From contig OZ241363.1 in the NCBI GenBank assembly GCA_965200575.1, forward strand, positions 24,415 through 88,414: a DNA stretch of 64,000 bases, given 5' to 3'. The DNA is from Thermoanaerobaculia bacterium (GTDB lineage Bacteria; Acidobacteriota; Thermoanaerobaculia; Multivoradales; Multivoraceae). The position numbers and the translations under genes are program-made. How positions within the stretch are numbered: position 1 is the first letter of the stretch; each line of letters opens with the position of its first letter. Positions 30,848 to 40,682 of the stretch are shown here, in pieces. The notes under the pieces were generated by a model. It was not told the origin of the DNA and searched no databases. It saw only the letters and a list, made by a program, of their open reading frames with translations.

Positions 30848-30999
30848 CTTCCAGCCGGCGGCGCCTTCCGGGGCGAAGAAGTGTGCGAATCGCGTCCACC
30901 TCTTCGCCGAGCATGCCTTTCGTCGGCTCCCGGGATGCCGTCGACGCCTAGCCGGCGCCGTGGCGGTAGCGCTTGCCCACATGCGTCCCAGCACCGATG

Positions 31000-31560
31000 T
31001 CAGGGCTTCTCGTTGCGCGTGGACCCGGCATCGGGCATGGTCTCGATCGTCATGCCGTTGGGCAGGTCCCCAGGCGAGACGATCTCCAGACGATCGCTGA
31101 ACATGGAGAGCCGGATTCGACGTTCGCTGACCGACCAGTCGCTTTGCGCAACGGCGTTCACGACCGCGTAGAAGACGGCGTGCAGGCTCGATTGCGGAAT
31201 CTCCACGCACGCCGGCGTCTTGCCGGCTGCCACCTTCATGTTGCGGCGGACGAAGCGCACGGCGTCGGCCGCCTGGCGGTGGAGCGGGCCCTCGATCTCC
31301 CACGCGTCTGTCTGGCCCGTGGCCCGATCGGTGCCGTCGTGTCAGGGCGCCGAGATCGCGGCTTGCGGCAACCACCTGTGGGGCTCCGCGGCGCAGAGCA
31401 GCACGCCGGCCACGGTCGGCCGAAGCACACAGGCCTCGTCTTCCGCCAGCAACCGGAGCTGCCGCAGCGCGACTTCGGGCCGCGCCGCGCCTTGGGCGCT
31501 GATCAGCGAGCGCCAGATGTCCTTTCCAGGGCGCCGAAGCCGGTATCCGCAACGACTTGC
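31000..31560 (-). pseudogene. Degraded ATP-binding protein / transcriptional regulator with RecG-C-like (HATPase_c_4) domain
   Basis: PTVAGVLLC..EP.RWLPQA.I then a stop, followed by EIEGPL..Q...A.RFVRRNM...AVVNAVA..D.S....IRL.MFSDRLEIVSPG.LPNGMTIE. Both ends are truncated. Confidence 0.7.
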
Positions 31561-31703
31561 CTGTCGAACCACAGGTAGGTAGCGCGCCCGAGACCGTCGC
31601 TGGCAAGGCGAAGCTCCTCGTCGGGACTCATTCGCCGCCGCGAGCTGCCGCGTCGCCTGAGGCCGAGACCGGGGGCTCGGTACCTCCCGGCCGCCGCCCG
31701 GCG

Positions 31704-33494
31704 TCACCTCCGCTCGGGCAGGGCGAAGACGTAGAGGATGCTGCCGCGGGCGCGGGCGGCGCCTTCGGGGGTGTGGCGAAGGCTGCCCTCGCCGGTCGAG
31801 ACGGCCACGTACTGGCGCCCGTCGACGGCCCATGAGATGGGATAGCCAAGCGGCGGAGCGCCCAAGTTTACCTCCCACAGAACCTTGCCGGTCTCGTGGT
31901 CGTGCGCGCGGAAGGCACCGGTGGAATCGCCGCCGAAGATCAGGCCGCCGCCGGTCGCGACGACCGAGTACGTCGAGCCGGGGGTCTCGAACAGCCACTT
32001 CGTCTCGCCGGTCACGGCGTCGATGGCGTACACCGTGCCCAGGTTCTCCTCGCCGGGGGCCTGGATGTGGTCCGCGGCCAGGTTGTAGATGGCCACCTGC
32101 TGCTGCATCGCCTGCGCGCGCGGGCTGTCCGTGTCGCCGGTGACGAGCATCCGCGCGCACTGGTTGCGGAGCGGGTAGTACATGGTCCTGGTCAGCGGGC
32201 TGTACGCACCGGCCTCCCAGTCCTTGCCGCCGATCCAGGACGGGCAGACGAGCATCTCCTGGTCGAGCTCGGTGAAGATGATCTCCGCGTTCTCGACCGC
32301 GCGGCCCGTCGCCTCGTCGAGGTCGACGACCACGTTCTGGGGCACGGTCGGGCGCGCCCACAGGAACTCGCCGGTCTCGCGGTCCAGGGTGTAGACGAGA
32401 CCCGTCTTGCCCGGAATGCCGGTCATGACCTTGCGCGTCTCGCCCGGAGCGAGGTCGTCGCGAATCCAGCGCACGGCGTCCGGGTCGGGCGACACCGGGA
32501 GGTCGACCAGGATGCGCTCGAACGGATGGTCCAGGTCCCAGTGGTCGTTCAGGTGCTGGAAGTGCCAGCGGAGCTCGCCGGTAGCCGCTTCGAGAGCCAG
32601 GGTGGAGTTGTGGTAGAGGTGGGTCAGTTCGACGCCGCCGAGCATGAACTTGGGCGCCGGCGCGGTGACGCTGGTGCCGAAGTAGATGAGGTCGAGCTCC
32701 GGGTCGTAGCTGGGCACCATCCAGGTGCCGACGTGGTGGCGCTTCTCGAACGGCACGTTGCCCCAGGTCTCGTCGCCGGGCTCGCCGGGCGCCGGCATCG
32801 TCCGCCGCCTCCAGAGTTCCTCGCCCGTCAGTGCATCGAAGGCGACCATGATGCACGAGTCCGGACCGCCCCAAGGCCGGCAGCTGCGCCCCGAGACGAC
32901 CCGCCCGCCGACGACGATGGGCCCCGAGCTGTGTGTGGCCGGCTGCACCGTCCAGTCGAGGATCTGCGTCTCCCAGACCAGCTCGCCGGTCGCGGCATCG
33001 AGGGCGAAGGCATGGTTGTCGTCGCTGTTGTTCAGGATCAGCCGGTCGTAGATGGCGATGTTGCGGTTGTTCTTGGCGTTGAAGCCCACCTGCGCGTACA
33101 GGCCGTCCGGCTGCTCCCGCGTGTAGCGCCAGATGAACTCTCCGGTGGTCGAGTCCACGGCCTCGATGGTGTCCTCGAACGACGGGATGTAGAGGACGCC
33201 GTCGTAGGCGAGCGGCGTGATCTCGGAGGTGCCGACCTCGACTTCGCGGATCCACGCCAGGCCGAGCTGGTGGACGTTCTCCCGGTCGATCTGGTCCAGC
33301 GGGCTGTAGCCCCAGCTGTCGTGCGTGCGGCGGAACATCAGCCACTCCGACGCCGGCGGGTTCTCCAGCATCTCGTCCGTCACGGGCACGAAGCTCGATT
33401 CGCCTTCCTGTGCCCACAGGTCGACCACCAGGCCGAAACCCAGCGCAACAACCGCAACCGCCAGCCCGCCAGCCGGCAGGCGAGATTCCTTCAC
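31704..33494 (-). CDS. PQQ-dependent dehydrogenase-like beta-propeller protein (secreted)
   Basis: GTG start after GGAGG SD; signal peptide; WLMFRRT..SWGYSPLDQI..ENV..L.LAW; repeated A.D..TG...W tryptophan-docking motifs; DGRQYVAV. Confidence 0.88.
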   Translation of the reverse strand: MKESRLPAGGLAVAVVALGFGLVVDLWAQEGESSFVPVTDEMLENPPASEWLMFRRTHDSWGYSPLDQIDRENVHQLGLAWIREVEVGTSEITPLAYDGVLYIPSFEDTIEAVDSTTGEFIWRYTREQPDGLYAQVGFNAKNNRNIAIYDRLILNNSDDNHAFALDAATGELVWETQILDWTVQPATHSSGPIVVGGRVVSGRSCRPWGGPDSCIMVAFDALTGEELWRRRTMPAPGEPGDETWGNVPFEKRHHVGTWMVPSYDPELDLIYFGTSVTAPAPKFMLGGVELTHLYHNSTLALEAATGELRWHFQHLNDHWDLDHPFERILVDLPVSPDPDAVRWIRDDLAPGETRKVMTGIPGKTGLVYTLDRETGEFLWARPTVPQNVVVDLDEATGRAVENAEIIFTELDQEMLVCPSWIGGKDWEAGAYSPLTRTMYYPLRNQCARMLVTGDTDSPRAQAMQQQVAIYNLAADHIQAPGEENLGTVYAIDAVTGETKWLFETPGSTYSVVATGGGLIFGGDSTGAFRAHDHETGKVLWEVNLGAPPLGYPISWAVDGRQYVAVSTGEGSLRHTPEGAARARGSILYVFALPERR

Positions 33495-33776
33495 CCGAGA
33501 ACCTCCGCTCCTCGCCGTCATCGATGCCATGCCGGGCCGGATTCTAGCCACGCCCGATCCGCTCGCCCGTTCGACCACTGTCAGCTCACCTTCTCGGCCG
33601 GGCCCTGGCGGCGCCTCTCACTCCGGCGGCGGCGCGCAACGTGAGCCGTCAGGTCGGTTGGAGCCGCAGGGGGCTGTCGGCGAGCGACTGCCGATGTCCT
33701 CCTCCAAGGGCGCCGCCCTGCCGCAGCGCAGCCGGCCTGACGGCCGCCAACCGTGAAGTAGCATCCCGCCTTCCGC

Positions 33777-35918
33777 ATGAGGTCATTCGCGCGCTCTGTC
33801 CACGCGCTGCTTGCCGTGTCGCTTCTCGGCGCAGGGCTCGGCGCTCAGGAGACCGGTTTTGTTCCGGTCACCCAGGAGATGCTGAACGACCCGGCGCCGG
33901 GCGAGTGGCTGCACTGGCGGCGGACGCAGAACGCCTGGGGCTACAGCCCTCTCGACCAGATCACCACCGAGAACGTCGGGCAGCTGCAGCTGGTCTGGGC
34001 GTGGGCGATGGACGACACCGGCCCGCAGGAGGCGGCGCCGCTCGTCCACGACGGCGTCATGTACCTGCCGAGCCCGGGCGCCGTCGTCCAGGCGCTCGAC
34101 GCGGCCACCGGCGACCTGCTGTGGGAGTACCGACCGACCTGGCCGGACGGCTCTCCCGCTTCCTTCAGCCGCGGCGTGCAGAAGAACATCGCGATCTTCG
34201 GCGACCGCATCTTCGGCGCCAGCCCGCGGGCGACCATCTTCGCCCTGGACGCGCGAAGCGGCGAGCTGATCTGGGAGACGCTGACCGCCGACCCGGCCCT
34301 GGGCTACCGCTACACTGCCGGCCCCATCGTCGCCAACGGCCGGCTCGTCACCGGCATCACCGGCTGCGGCCGCTACAAGGACGACGTCTGCTTCATCACC
34401 GGCCACGATGCGGATACGGGCGAGGAGATCTGGCGCACCTCGACCGTGGCGCGGCCGGGCGAACCGGGGGGCGACACCTGGGGCGATCTGCCGCTCCGCT
34501 TTCGCGCCGGCAGCGACGTCTGGATCGCCGGCAGCTACGACCCGGAGCTGGACATCGTCTACTGGGCCACGGCACAGGCCAAGCCCTGGGCGCAGGCAGT
34601 GCGCGGCACGGACGGCGACGCCCTCTACACGAACTCCAGCCTGGCGCTGGACCCCGAGACCGGCGAGATGCTCTGGTACTACCAGTTCCTGCCGGGCGAG
34701 ACCCACGACATGGACGAGGTGTTCGAGTCGCTGCTCATCGACGTGGACGGTCGAAAGCGACTGTTCAAGATGGGCAAGCTCGGCATCCTGTGGCAGCTGG
34801 ACCGGGAGACGGGCGAGTTCGTCGACGCCATCGATGTCGGCTACCAGAACCTGGTCGACGTGGACCGGGAGACGGGCGAGGTGACCTACCGGGCGGGGAT
34901 GGTGCCGGAGATCGGGGTCGAGATCGACATGTGCCCCAGCACCTCCGGGTTCAAGAGCTGGCGGGCCATGTCCTACGACCCGAACACTGGCGCCCTCTAC
35001 ATTCCGATGACGATGAACTGCGAGCTCGCGACCTTCGGCCCCGTGGAGCGGGTCCTGGGCGGCGGTGGGGCCGGACCGGTAAGGCGCATCAACACGATTC
35101 ACCCCTACTCGGGCGGCAACCTGGGCGAGCTGCTGGTCATCGACGTGCGGGAGGGCGACATCATGTGGCGTCAGCGCACCCTGTCACCGATGAACACGGC
35201 GGCGCTGGCGACGGGCGGCGGAGTGACCTTCGCCGGCGACTACGATCGCCACCTCTACGCCTGGAACGCCCGAACCGGCGCGATCCTGTGGCGAACTCGG
35301 CTCCCCACCTCGGCCCAGGGCTTCCCGGTGACCTACCTGGCCGGCGGACGCCAGTACGTTGCGGTCCCGGTGGGCACCGGCGGTGCCAGCTGGGCGACCA
35401 TGGTGCCGCAGGACCTGATCCCGCACGTTCGGCGTCCGAGCAACGGCAACTCCATCCACGTCTTCGCGCTGCCGGCTGGCGCTGCAGCAACAGGCGGCGG
35501 TGTGAGGACCACGTCGGCCGAGCGCCCCGAGGCGAGCGATGCGGAAGATGCGGCCGGCCCGTCGAGGACCGTGAACGACGGCGTCTACACCGCCGAACAG
35601 GCCACCCGCGGCGCCGCGCCCTACCAGCAGCACTGCGCTTCCTGCCACGGCGAGGACCTGGGCGGTGGCAGCAACGCGCCGGGCCTGCTCGGCGTGAGCT
35701 TCGAGTTCCTGTGGGGCGGCGAAACCCTCGGGCTGCTGTTCGAGACGATCCGCGCCACGATGCCTACCGACAACCCGGCCAGCCTGCCGCGAGAGACCTA
35801 CCGCGACATCCTCGCCTGGATGCTCGAGACGAACGACTACCCGCCCGGCGACAGCGAGCTCGACACCGACTCCGGCGTTCTCGAGAACATCCTGATCACG
35901 GCGCGGCCCGACGCGTAG
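33777..35918 (+). CDS. PQQ-dependent dehydrogenase with C-terminal cytochrome c (quinohemoprotein-like)
   Basis: Signal peptide; WGYSPLDQIT.ENV..L; W-docking motifs; GGRQYVAV; linker, then YTAEQA.RG...Y...CASCHG and a MP axial-Met motif. Confidence 0.9.
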   Translation: MRSFARSVHALLAVSLLGAGLGAQETGFVPVTQEMLNDPAPGEWLHWRRTQNAWGYSPLDQITTENVGQLQLVWAWAMDDTGPQEAAPLVHDGVMYLPSPGAVVQALDAATGDLLWEYRPTWPDGSPASFSRGVQKNIAIFGDRIFGASPRATIFALDARSGELIWETLTADPALGYRYTAGPIVANGRLVTGITGCGRYKDDVCFITGHDADTGEEIWRTSTVARPGEPGGDTWGDLPLRFRAGSDVWIAGSYDPELDIVYWATAQAKPWAQAVRGTDGDALYTNSSLALDPETGEMLWYYQFLPGETHDMDEVFESLLIDVDGRKRLFKMGKLGILWQLDRETGEFVDAIDVGYQNLVDVDRETGEVTYRAGMVPEIGVEIDMCPSTSGFKSWRAMSYDPNTGALYIPMTMNCELATFGPVERVLGGGGAGPVRRINTIHPYSGGNLGELLVIDVREGDIMWRQRTLSPMNTAALATGGGVTFAGDYDRHLYAWNARTGAILWRTRLPTSAQGFPVTYLAGGRQYVAVPVGTGGASWATMVPQDLIPHVRRPSNGNSIHVFALPAGAAATGGGVRTTSAERPEASDAEDAAGPSRTVNDGVYTAEQATRGAAPYQQHCASCHGEDLGGGSNAPGLLGVSFEFLWGGETLGLLFETIRATMPTDNPASLPRETYRDILAWMLETNDYPPGDSELDTDSGVLENILITARPDA

Positions 35919-36041
35919 CGGCGCCGCTGCCCGCCCACCGGTTCGTCCCACTTCCTCGCGGGTGCCCCGGGAGCTCCGCGGCAAGAGGACAACACGAGTC
36001 GTAACGCCCGAGCGGGGCAACAGCTGAAGGTCCGAGGCCAG

Positions 36042-36764
36042 CTACGCGATCGGGGCCTCCACGAGCGACTCCTCTTCCCGCCAGGCGGACTCGCCGCCCC
36101 GGTAGTGCTCGCGCTTCCAGATGGGGACCTCCGCCTTCAGCCGCTCCAGGGCGAGGCGGTTCGCCTCGTAGGCCTGGCGGCGGTGTGCGGAGGCGGCCGC
36201 GATGGCGACGCTTGCCTCGCCGACCTCCAGGGTGCCCAGACCGTGGACGATCTCGACGCGCGTTCGCGGCTCGGCAGCCTCGATCTCCTCCACGATGCGA
36301 GCCAGTCGGCGTTCGGCCATGGCGGCGTACGCCGAGTAGGTGATGCGCTCCACCGCACGGCCGGCAAAGGAGTTGCGCACGTTGCCGACGAAGACGACCA
36401 CCGCCCCCTTGCCGGCGTCCTCGACCGCGGCACGCACGGCGGACACGGCGTCGGCGTCGACGGCGCCGTCAAGCAGGCGGGCCCCGCCTGACCGGGCTGC
36501 GCCTTCGCACACCGCGCCGCCGGAGACGGGCGGCAACAGGGCGACTTCGGCGCCGTCGCGAAGCTCCTCGGCCTGGCGCCCGGACACCTCTCCGTCCACG
36601 GCAACCGCCAGCCGAGGCCAGAGAGCCTCCAAACCGGGATGCGCAGCGGTCAGGCGGCCGACGAGGTCCGCGACCCTGCTGCCATCCGGCAGTTCAACGA
36701 CCGTCTCGGCCCTGCCGACGACATCCTGCGCGGTGGCGAAGCTCAGCACCCGTACGACGATCAA
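36042..36764 (-). CDS. moaX: Fused molybdopterin synthase MoaD::MoaE (MoaX-like)
   Basis: VRVLSFA...DVVG (MoaD N-term) ... DGAEVALLPPVSGG (internal diglycine), then GAVVVFVGNVR, YSAY..MA, HGLG.L.VGE.SV, HR..AYEA....ERLK.EVPIWKRE (MoaE). TTG start is inferred. Confidence 0.88.
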   Translation of the reverse strand: MIVVRVLSFATAQDVVGRAETVVELPDGSRVADLVGRLTAAHPGLEALWPRLAVAVDGEVSGRQAEELRDGAEVALLPPVSGGAVCEGAARSGGARLLDGAVDADAVSAVRAAVEDAGKGAVVVFVGNVRNSFAGRAVERITYSAYAAMAERRLARIVEEIEAAEPRTRVEIVHGLGTLEVGEASVAIAAASAHRRQAYEANRLALERLKAEVPIWKREHYRGGESAWREEESLVEAPIA

Positions 36765-37050
36765 GGAGCGAAGGCTACAGCAGTCCGTCGTACGGGTCGA
36801 CGGACGCCGCCCTCGGGTCTGAGTGGGCCGCAGATGCGGACGCGTTGGAGCCGGTTCGCAAGCTGACGCCTGCCCCGGCTCACCGACTCCGACCGGGCCG
36901 CCTGCCCTGCCGCGGCAGTGTCGACTCGCGCCAGGCTCGGCAACCGCGACGCGGTGTCGGCGCTGCCCCCGGCAGACCGAGGCGCGAGCCTCCTGATCGG
37001 CGTCGACACCGGCGTCTGCAAGTGGTCGCCACGACGACCGCAAAGGCGGT

Positions 37051-38022
37051 TCAGCCGTCTACCGGCTCGAACGTGGCCTCGCGCCCTTCCACCTCGAGCG
37101 TGGCGCCCGGCAGGGCAGAAGCGGCGCGGCGGGCGACCAGGCCCAGGCCGATGGCGGCGTTGTCGCGGCGCGGGCACCGGGCGACGCTGGTTGCCGCGCC
37201 GACCGTCCGGCCCTCGAACCGGATCTCGGCGCCGGCTGCGGGGGCGTGCCCCGCCTCGAACGCCAGTCGGCACATCCGGCGCGCCGGCTGGCCGCGGTAG
37301 TGGAGCCGGGCGACGATCTCCTGGCCCAGGTAGCAGCCCTTCTCGTAGTCCACCGCGCTCACGATGCCGGTCTCCTGCGGCAGGTTCGCGTCGTCGTAGT
37401 CCACGCCCCAGAGCGCCTGGCCGTGCTCGATGCGGAGCGCTTCCGCTGCCTCGGCGTCGACGCCCGGGATGCCGGCGTCCGCCAGGTCGTCGGCGAGCAG
37501 CGGCGCGATTGCTGCCGATTGCCAGAGCGAGAACTCCGGTGTCGCGCCGTGGCCTTCCCGCACCAGCCGGGCCTGGTGACCGAGGATCTCGACCTGTACG
37601 TGTCGCCATGGCTCGGTCAGGTCCTGTACGGCGGATGCGCCCAGGTCGGCGAGAACTCTGGCGCTCTCGGGCCCGGCCAGCCGCACGGACGCCATGTCGC
37701 CCAGCGGCAGGATCTCGACCCGGTCGGTGACGACGTACTTCCCCAGGTGCTCCATGATCGCCCTGCCCGTGCCCCTGGGGATCTCCAGCCAGATGCGGTC
37801 TTCGAGCGTCAGAACGGTGGCGCTGGCGAGCACTCGCCCCCGAACGTCGGTGATGAAGCCGAACGTGCCGTGGCCCGGCTCGAGTCCCTCGACTGCCGCG
37901 GTCACCATGCCGCCGAAGAACCGCTCGCGGTCCGGCCCCATCAGCTCGAGGCGGGATGCCGGCGGCGGCTCGCGCAGCGCTGCTCCGGTCTCGAGCAGCC
38001 TCAGGTCGCTCGCGAAGCTCAC
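37051..38022 (-). CDS. ygfZ: YgfZ/GcvT family folate-binding Fe-S maintenance protein
   Basis: G.DRERF..GMVT, LRIE.G, LPQE, signature KGCYLGQE.VAR. Confidence 0.92.
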   Translation of the reverse strand: MSFASDLRLLETGAALREPPPASRLELMGPDRERFFGGMVTAAVEGLEPGHGTFGFITDVRGRVLASATVLTLEDRIWLEIPRGTGRAIMEHLGKYVVTDRVEILPLGDMASVRLAGPESARVLADLGASAVQDLTEPWRHVQVEILGHQARLVREGHGATPEFSLWQSAAIAPLLADDLADAGIPGVDAEAAEALRIEHGQALWGVDYDDANLPQETGIVSAVDYEKGCYLGQEIVARLHYRGQPARRMCRLAFEAGHAPAAGAEIRFEGRTVGAATSVARCPRRDNAAIGLGLVARRAASALPGATLEVEGREATFEPVDG

Positions 38023-38720
38023 GGCGCCCGGCTCCTTCCGCGGCCGTCCAGCAGAACCGCGCGGGCGGTGGCGTGGCGAAGGTCGGGAACCACCCAGTCG
38101 GCGCCGGCTTCGCGCAATGCGTCCTGCGACGTGAAGCCGGTGGCGACGCCGAGCACCGGGATGCCGTGAGCCTGGCCGCAGGCCACGTCGCGCACCGTGT
38201 CGCCGATGATCACCGCGCTTAGAGCATCCGGCTCGATGCCAGTGCGCTCCGCGGCGCGGCGGAGGGCCGCCGGTACGAGCTCGTTGCGGCGCACGCCGTC
38301 CTCGCCGAACGCCCCGAAACCGAAGAATCGGTTCAGGCCGAACGGCGCCAGCTTGGCCCGTGCCCCGTTCTCCCAGTTGCCGGTCAGCAGGGCGAGGCAG
38401 GCATCGTCCCTGCCGGCCAGCTCCTCGAGCAGTTCGACCACGCCCGGCAGGAGCCGCATCTTCGCCGGATCCAGGCCGTCGAGCAGTTCGCTGTAGTGCG
38501 CCCGCACCTCGACCAGGCGATCCCGGACCGAGGCCTGCGGTACGCCGGCCTCGGTCATCAGGTCGAGAACCGCTTCGGTGTCCGTCCTGCCGCCGAAGTC
38601 ATAGGCCCGGACGTTTCCCGTCCTGCCGAACGTGCCCTTCAGCGCTCCCATGAAGATCGGCGCGATCTGCGGGCCGCAGCGCACCAGGGTGCCGTCGATG
38701 TCGAAGAGCAGGAGCCGCAT
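38019..38720 (-). CDS. HAD-family hydrolase
   Basis: LLLFDIDGTL, GRTD, LLTGN, GAFGED, IIGDT.RD; overlaps the ygfZ start by 4 nt. Confidence 0.92.
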   Translation of the reverse strand: MRLLLFDIDGTLVRCGPQIAPIFMGALKGTFGRTGNVRAYDFGGRTDTEAVLDLMTEAGVPQASVRDRLVEVRAHYSELLDGLDPAKMRLLPGVVELLEELAGRDDACLALLTGNWENGARAKLAPFGLNRFFGFGAFGEDGVRRNELVPAALRRAAERTGIEPDALSAVIIGDTVRDVACGQAHGIPVLGVATGFTSQDALREAGADWVVPDLRHATARAVLLDGRGRSRAP

Positions 38721-39197
38721 CGCACTTGCGCGTTCCCTGGTCCGGCCCGGTCGCCGGAGGCGGGGAAGAACAGAAGGTGGGAGCCTACTATCCGTGCCCC
38801 TGCCCATTGCCCGGCTTGCCTGGCCGACGCACGGCAAGCCGCGCCAGCCAGGGGCATGAACTCTGCCCCGCTGTCGGCAGCGCCCGGTCTTCACCAACCA
38901 GGACGCCGGCAGGCGGTTCCGTTCGCTTCGGGTGGGGGGCTCCGGCCTGCGGCAAGTCCGACAGCGCCCGCCGGTTGCTGTCAGCTACGGCCCGGAGGAT
39001 TCCCTGGGGGCTGCGACCATCGCGTTCACGTACGGCATCGCCAAGCCCAGGCTGTCCACGAAGGGTCGCGACCCGGGCCGTCGTTCCACTCGTACTCGGT
39101 CGACCGGACAGGCGGAAGGGGCTGAAGGCGAGACGACGGCAAGGGCGACGGCGCCAGAGCCGGAGGCCAGGGCGCCATGCTCGGCCTGGCGCGAGCC

Positions 39198-40682
39198 TCA
39201 GTAGCGCGGCAGCGACTGGTCCACTTCCTCGGCCCAGGCGTCGATGCCTCCGGCGAGGTTGTAGGCCTGCGGGAAGCCATGCTCGCGCAGGATGTTCGTG
39301 GCCCTGGTCGACCGCGGCCCGTGGTGGCAGTGCACGACCCAGAGCTTCTGTGGGTCGAGTTCGCCCAGCCGGCCTTCGAGCTCGGCGACCGGAATCAGGG
39401 TCGAGCCGTTGATGCGGCAGATGGCGTACTCCTGGGGGCCGCGGACGTCGAGGACGCTGAAGTCGCGCCCGTCATCCATCCAGGACCGGACCTGGGTCGG
39501 CGTGACGTCGATCATCTCGTCGAGCGCCGGTTCGGCCTGCACGGCGGGGATGCCGCAGAACTGCTCGTAGTCGATGAGCTCCGTCTGGCTCGGGTTCTCG
39601 GAGCAGATCGGGCAGTCCGGGTTCTTGCGCAGCTTGAGTTCGCGGAAGCTCATGCGCAACGCATCGAAGAGCACCAGTCGGCCGATCAGCGGGTCACCCT
39701 GGCCGATGATCAGCTTGATCACCTCATTCGCCTGCAGGCTGCCGATGATCCCCGGCAGCACGCCCAGAACGCCGCCCTCGGCGCACGAGGGAACCAGGCC
39801 CGGCGGCGGCGGCTCGGCGAAGAGGCAGCGGTAGCACGGCCCCTCGGCGCCCCAGAACACGGACACCTGACCCTCGAAGCGGAAGATGGAGCCGTAGACG
39901 TTCGGCTTGCCGAGCAGAACGCAGGCGTCGTTCACCAGGTACCGGGTGGGGAAGTTGTCCGTGCCGTCGACCACCAGGTCGTAGTCGGCGAAGATCTGAA
40001 GCGCGTTGCTCGAATCGAGCATCACCGGGTGCGGCACGAGTTCGATGTGCGGGTTCACCTCGCGCAGACGCTCCACAGCGGCGTCGATCTTCGGGCGGCC
40101 CACGTCGGCGTTGCTGTAGAGAAGCTGACGGTGAAGGTTCGACTCGTCGACCACGTCGAAGTCCACCAGGCCCAGCCGACCGACGCCGGCGGCGGCCAGG
40201 TACATGCCGAGAGGCGAGCCGAGGCCTCCGGTGCCGATCATCAGAACCCTCGCGGCCTTGAGCTTCAGCTGCCCCTCGGAACCGACCTCGGGCATGATGA
40301 GGTGCCTGCTGTAGCGGAGGATCTCTTGCGGGCTCAGCTCGTTCGCTGGCGCTGCCGCCGTGCCGGCGACCTGCGCGGTTGCTTCGGCCGCGGCCGCCTC
40401 GGAGTCCGCGCCGCCGGCGATCGACGGGATGATCGCCAGGGTGGCGTCGCCGGCAATCGGCGTCGCCTCGCGCTCCAGGTAGCGCACGTCCTCGTCGTCG
40501 AGGAACAAGTTGACGAAGGTGCGCAACTTGCCGCCGTCGTCGAACAGGTGCGGGCGCAGCCCTTCGTGGCGGGCCACGAGCTGCTCCATGGCCTCGCCGA
40601 CGGTCGCGGCGGCCACTGCAACCTCTGCCTGGTCGTCGGCGAAGCCGCGCAGCGGCGTGGGAATCTGTATGAATACGGTCAT
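39198..40682 (-). CDS. moeB: Ubiquitin-like sulfur carrier (CysO/MoaD-like) fused to MoeB/E1 adenylyltransferase and rhodanese (MoeZ-like)
   Basis: N-term IPTPLR...FVNLFLDDEDVRYL...IIPSIAGG, Ala-rich linker, RYSRHL, GTGGLG, SNLHRQ, CYRC, SCAEGGVLG, CPIC, rhodanese LDVR..QE...HCHHGPRS. Confidence 0.93.
   Translation of the reverse strand: MTVFIQIPTPLRGFADDQAEVAVAAATVGEAMEQLVARHEGLRPHLFDDGGKLRTFVNLFLDDEDVRYLEREATPIAGDATLAIIPSIAGGADSEAAAAEATAQVAGTAAAPANELSPQEILRYSRHLIMPEVGSEGQLKLKAARVLMIGTGGLGSPLGMYLAAAGVGRLGLVDFDVVDESNLHRQLLYSNADVGRPKIDAAVERLREVNPHIELVPHPVMLDSSNALQIFADYDLVVDGTDNFPTRYLVNDACVLLGKPNVYGSIFRFEGQVSVFWGAEGPCYRCLFAEPPPPGLVPSCAEGGVLGVLPGIIGSLQANEVIKLIIGQGDPLIGRLVLFDALRMSFRELKLRKNPDCPICSENPSQTELIDYEQFCGIPAVQAEPALDEMIDVTPTQVRSWMDDGRDFSVLDVRGPQEYAICRINGSTLIPVAELEGRLGELDPQKLWVVHCHHGPRSTRATNILREHGFPQAYNLAGGIDAWAEEVDQSLPRY

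Noticed and set aside
31704-35470. Confident lanthanide-dependent methanol/ethanol dehydrogenase call
   Set aside because: D-x-D alone is not diagnostic (also in glucose dehydrogenase-like enzymes), and the other canonical ligands are missing.
36765-37050. Moco riboswitch-like leader upstream of moaD::moaE
   Set aside because: Only one clear 8-bp hairpin (GTCCGTCG/CGACGGAC); conserved Moco RNA features not recognisable, and a -10-like hexamer sits right before the start.
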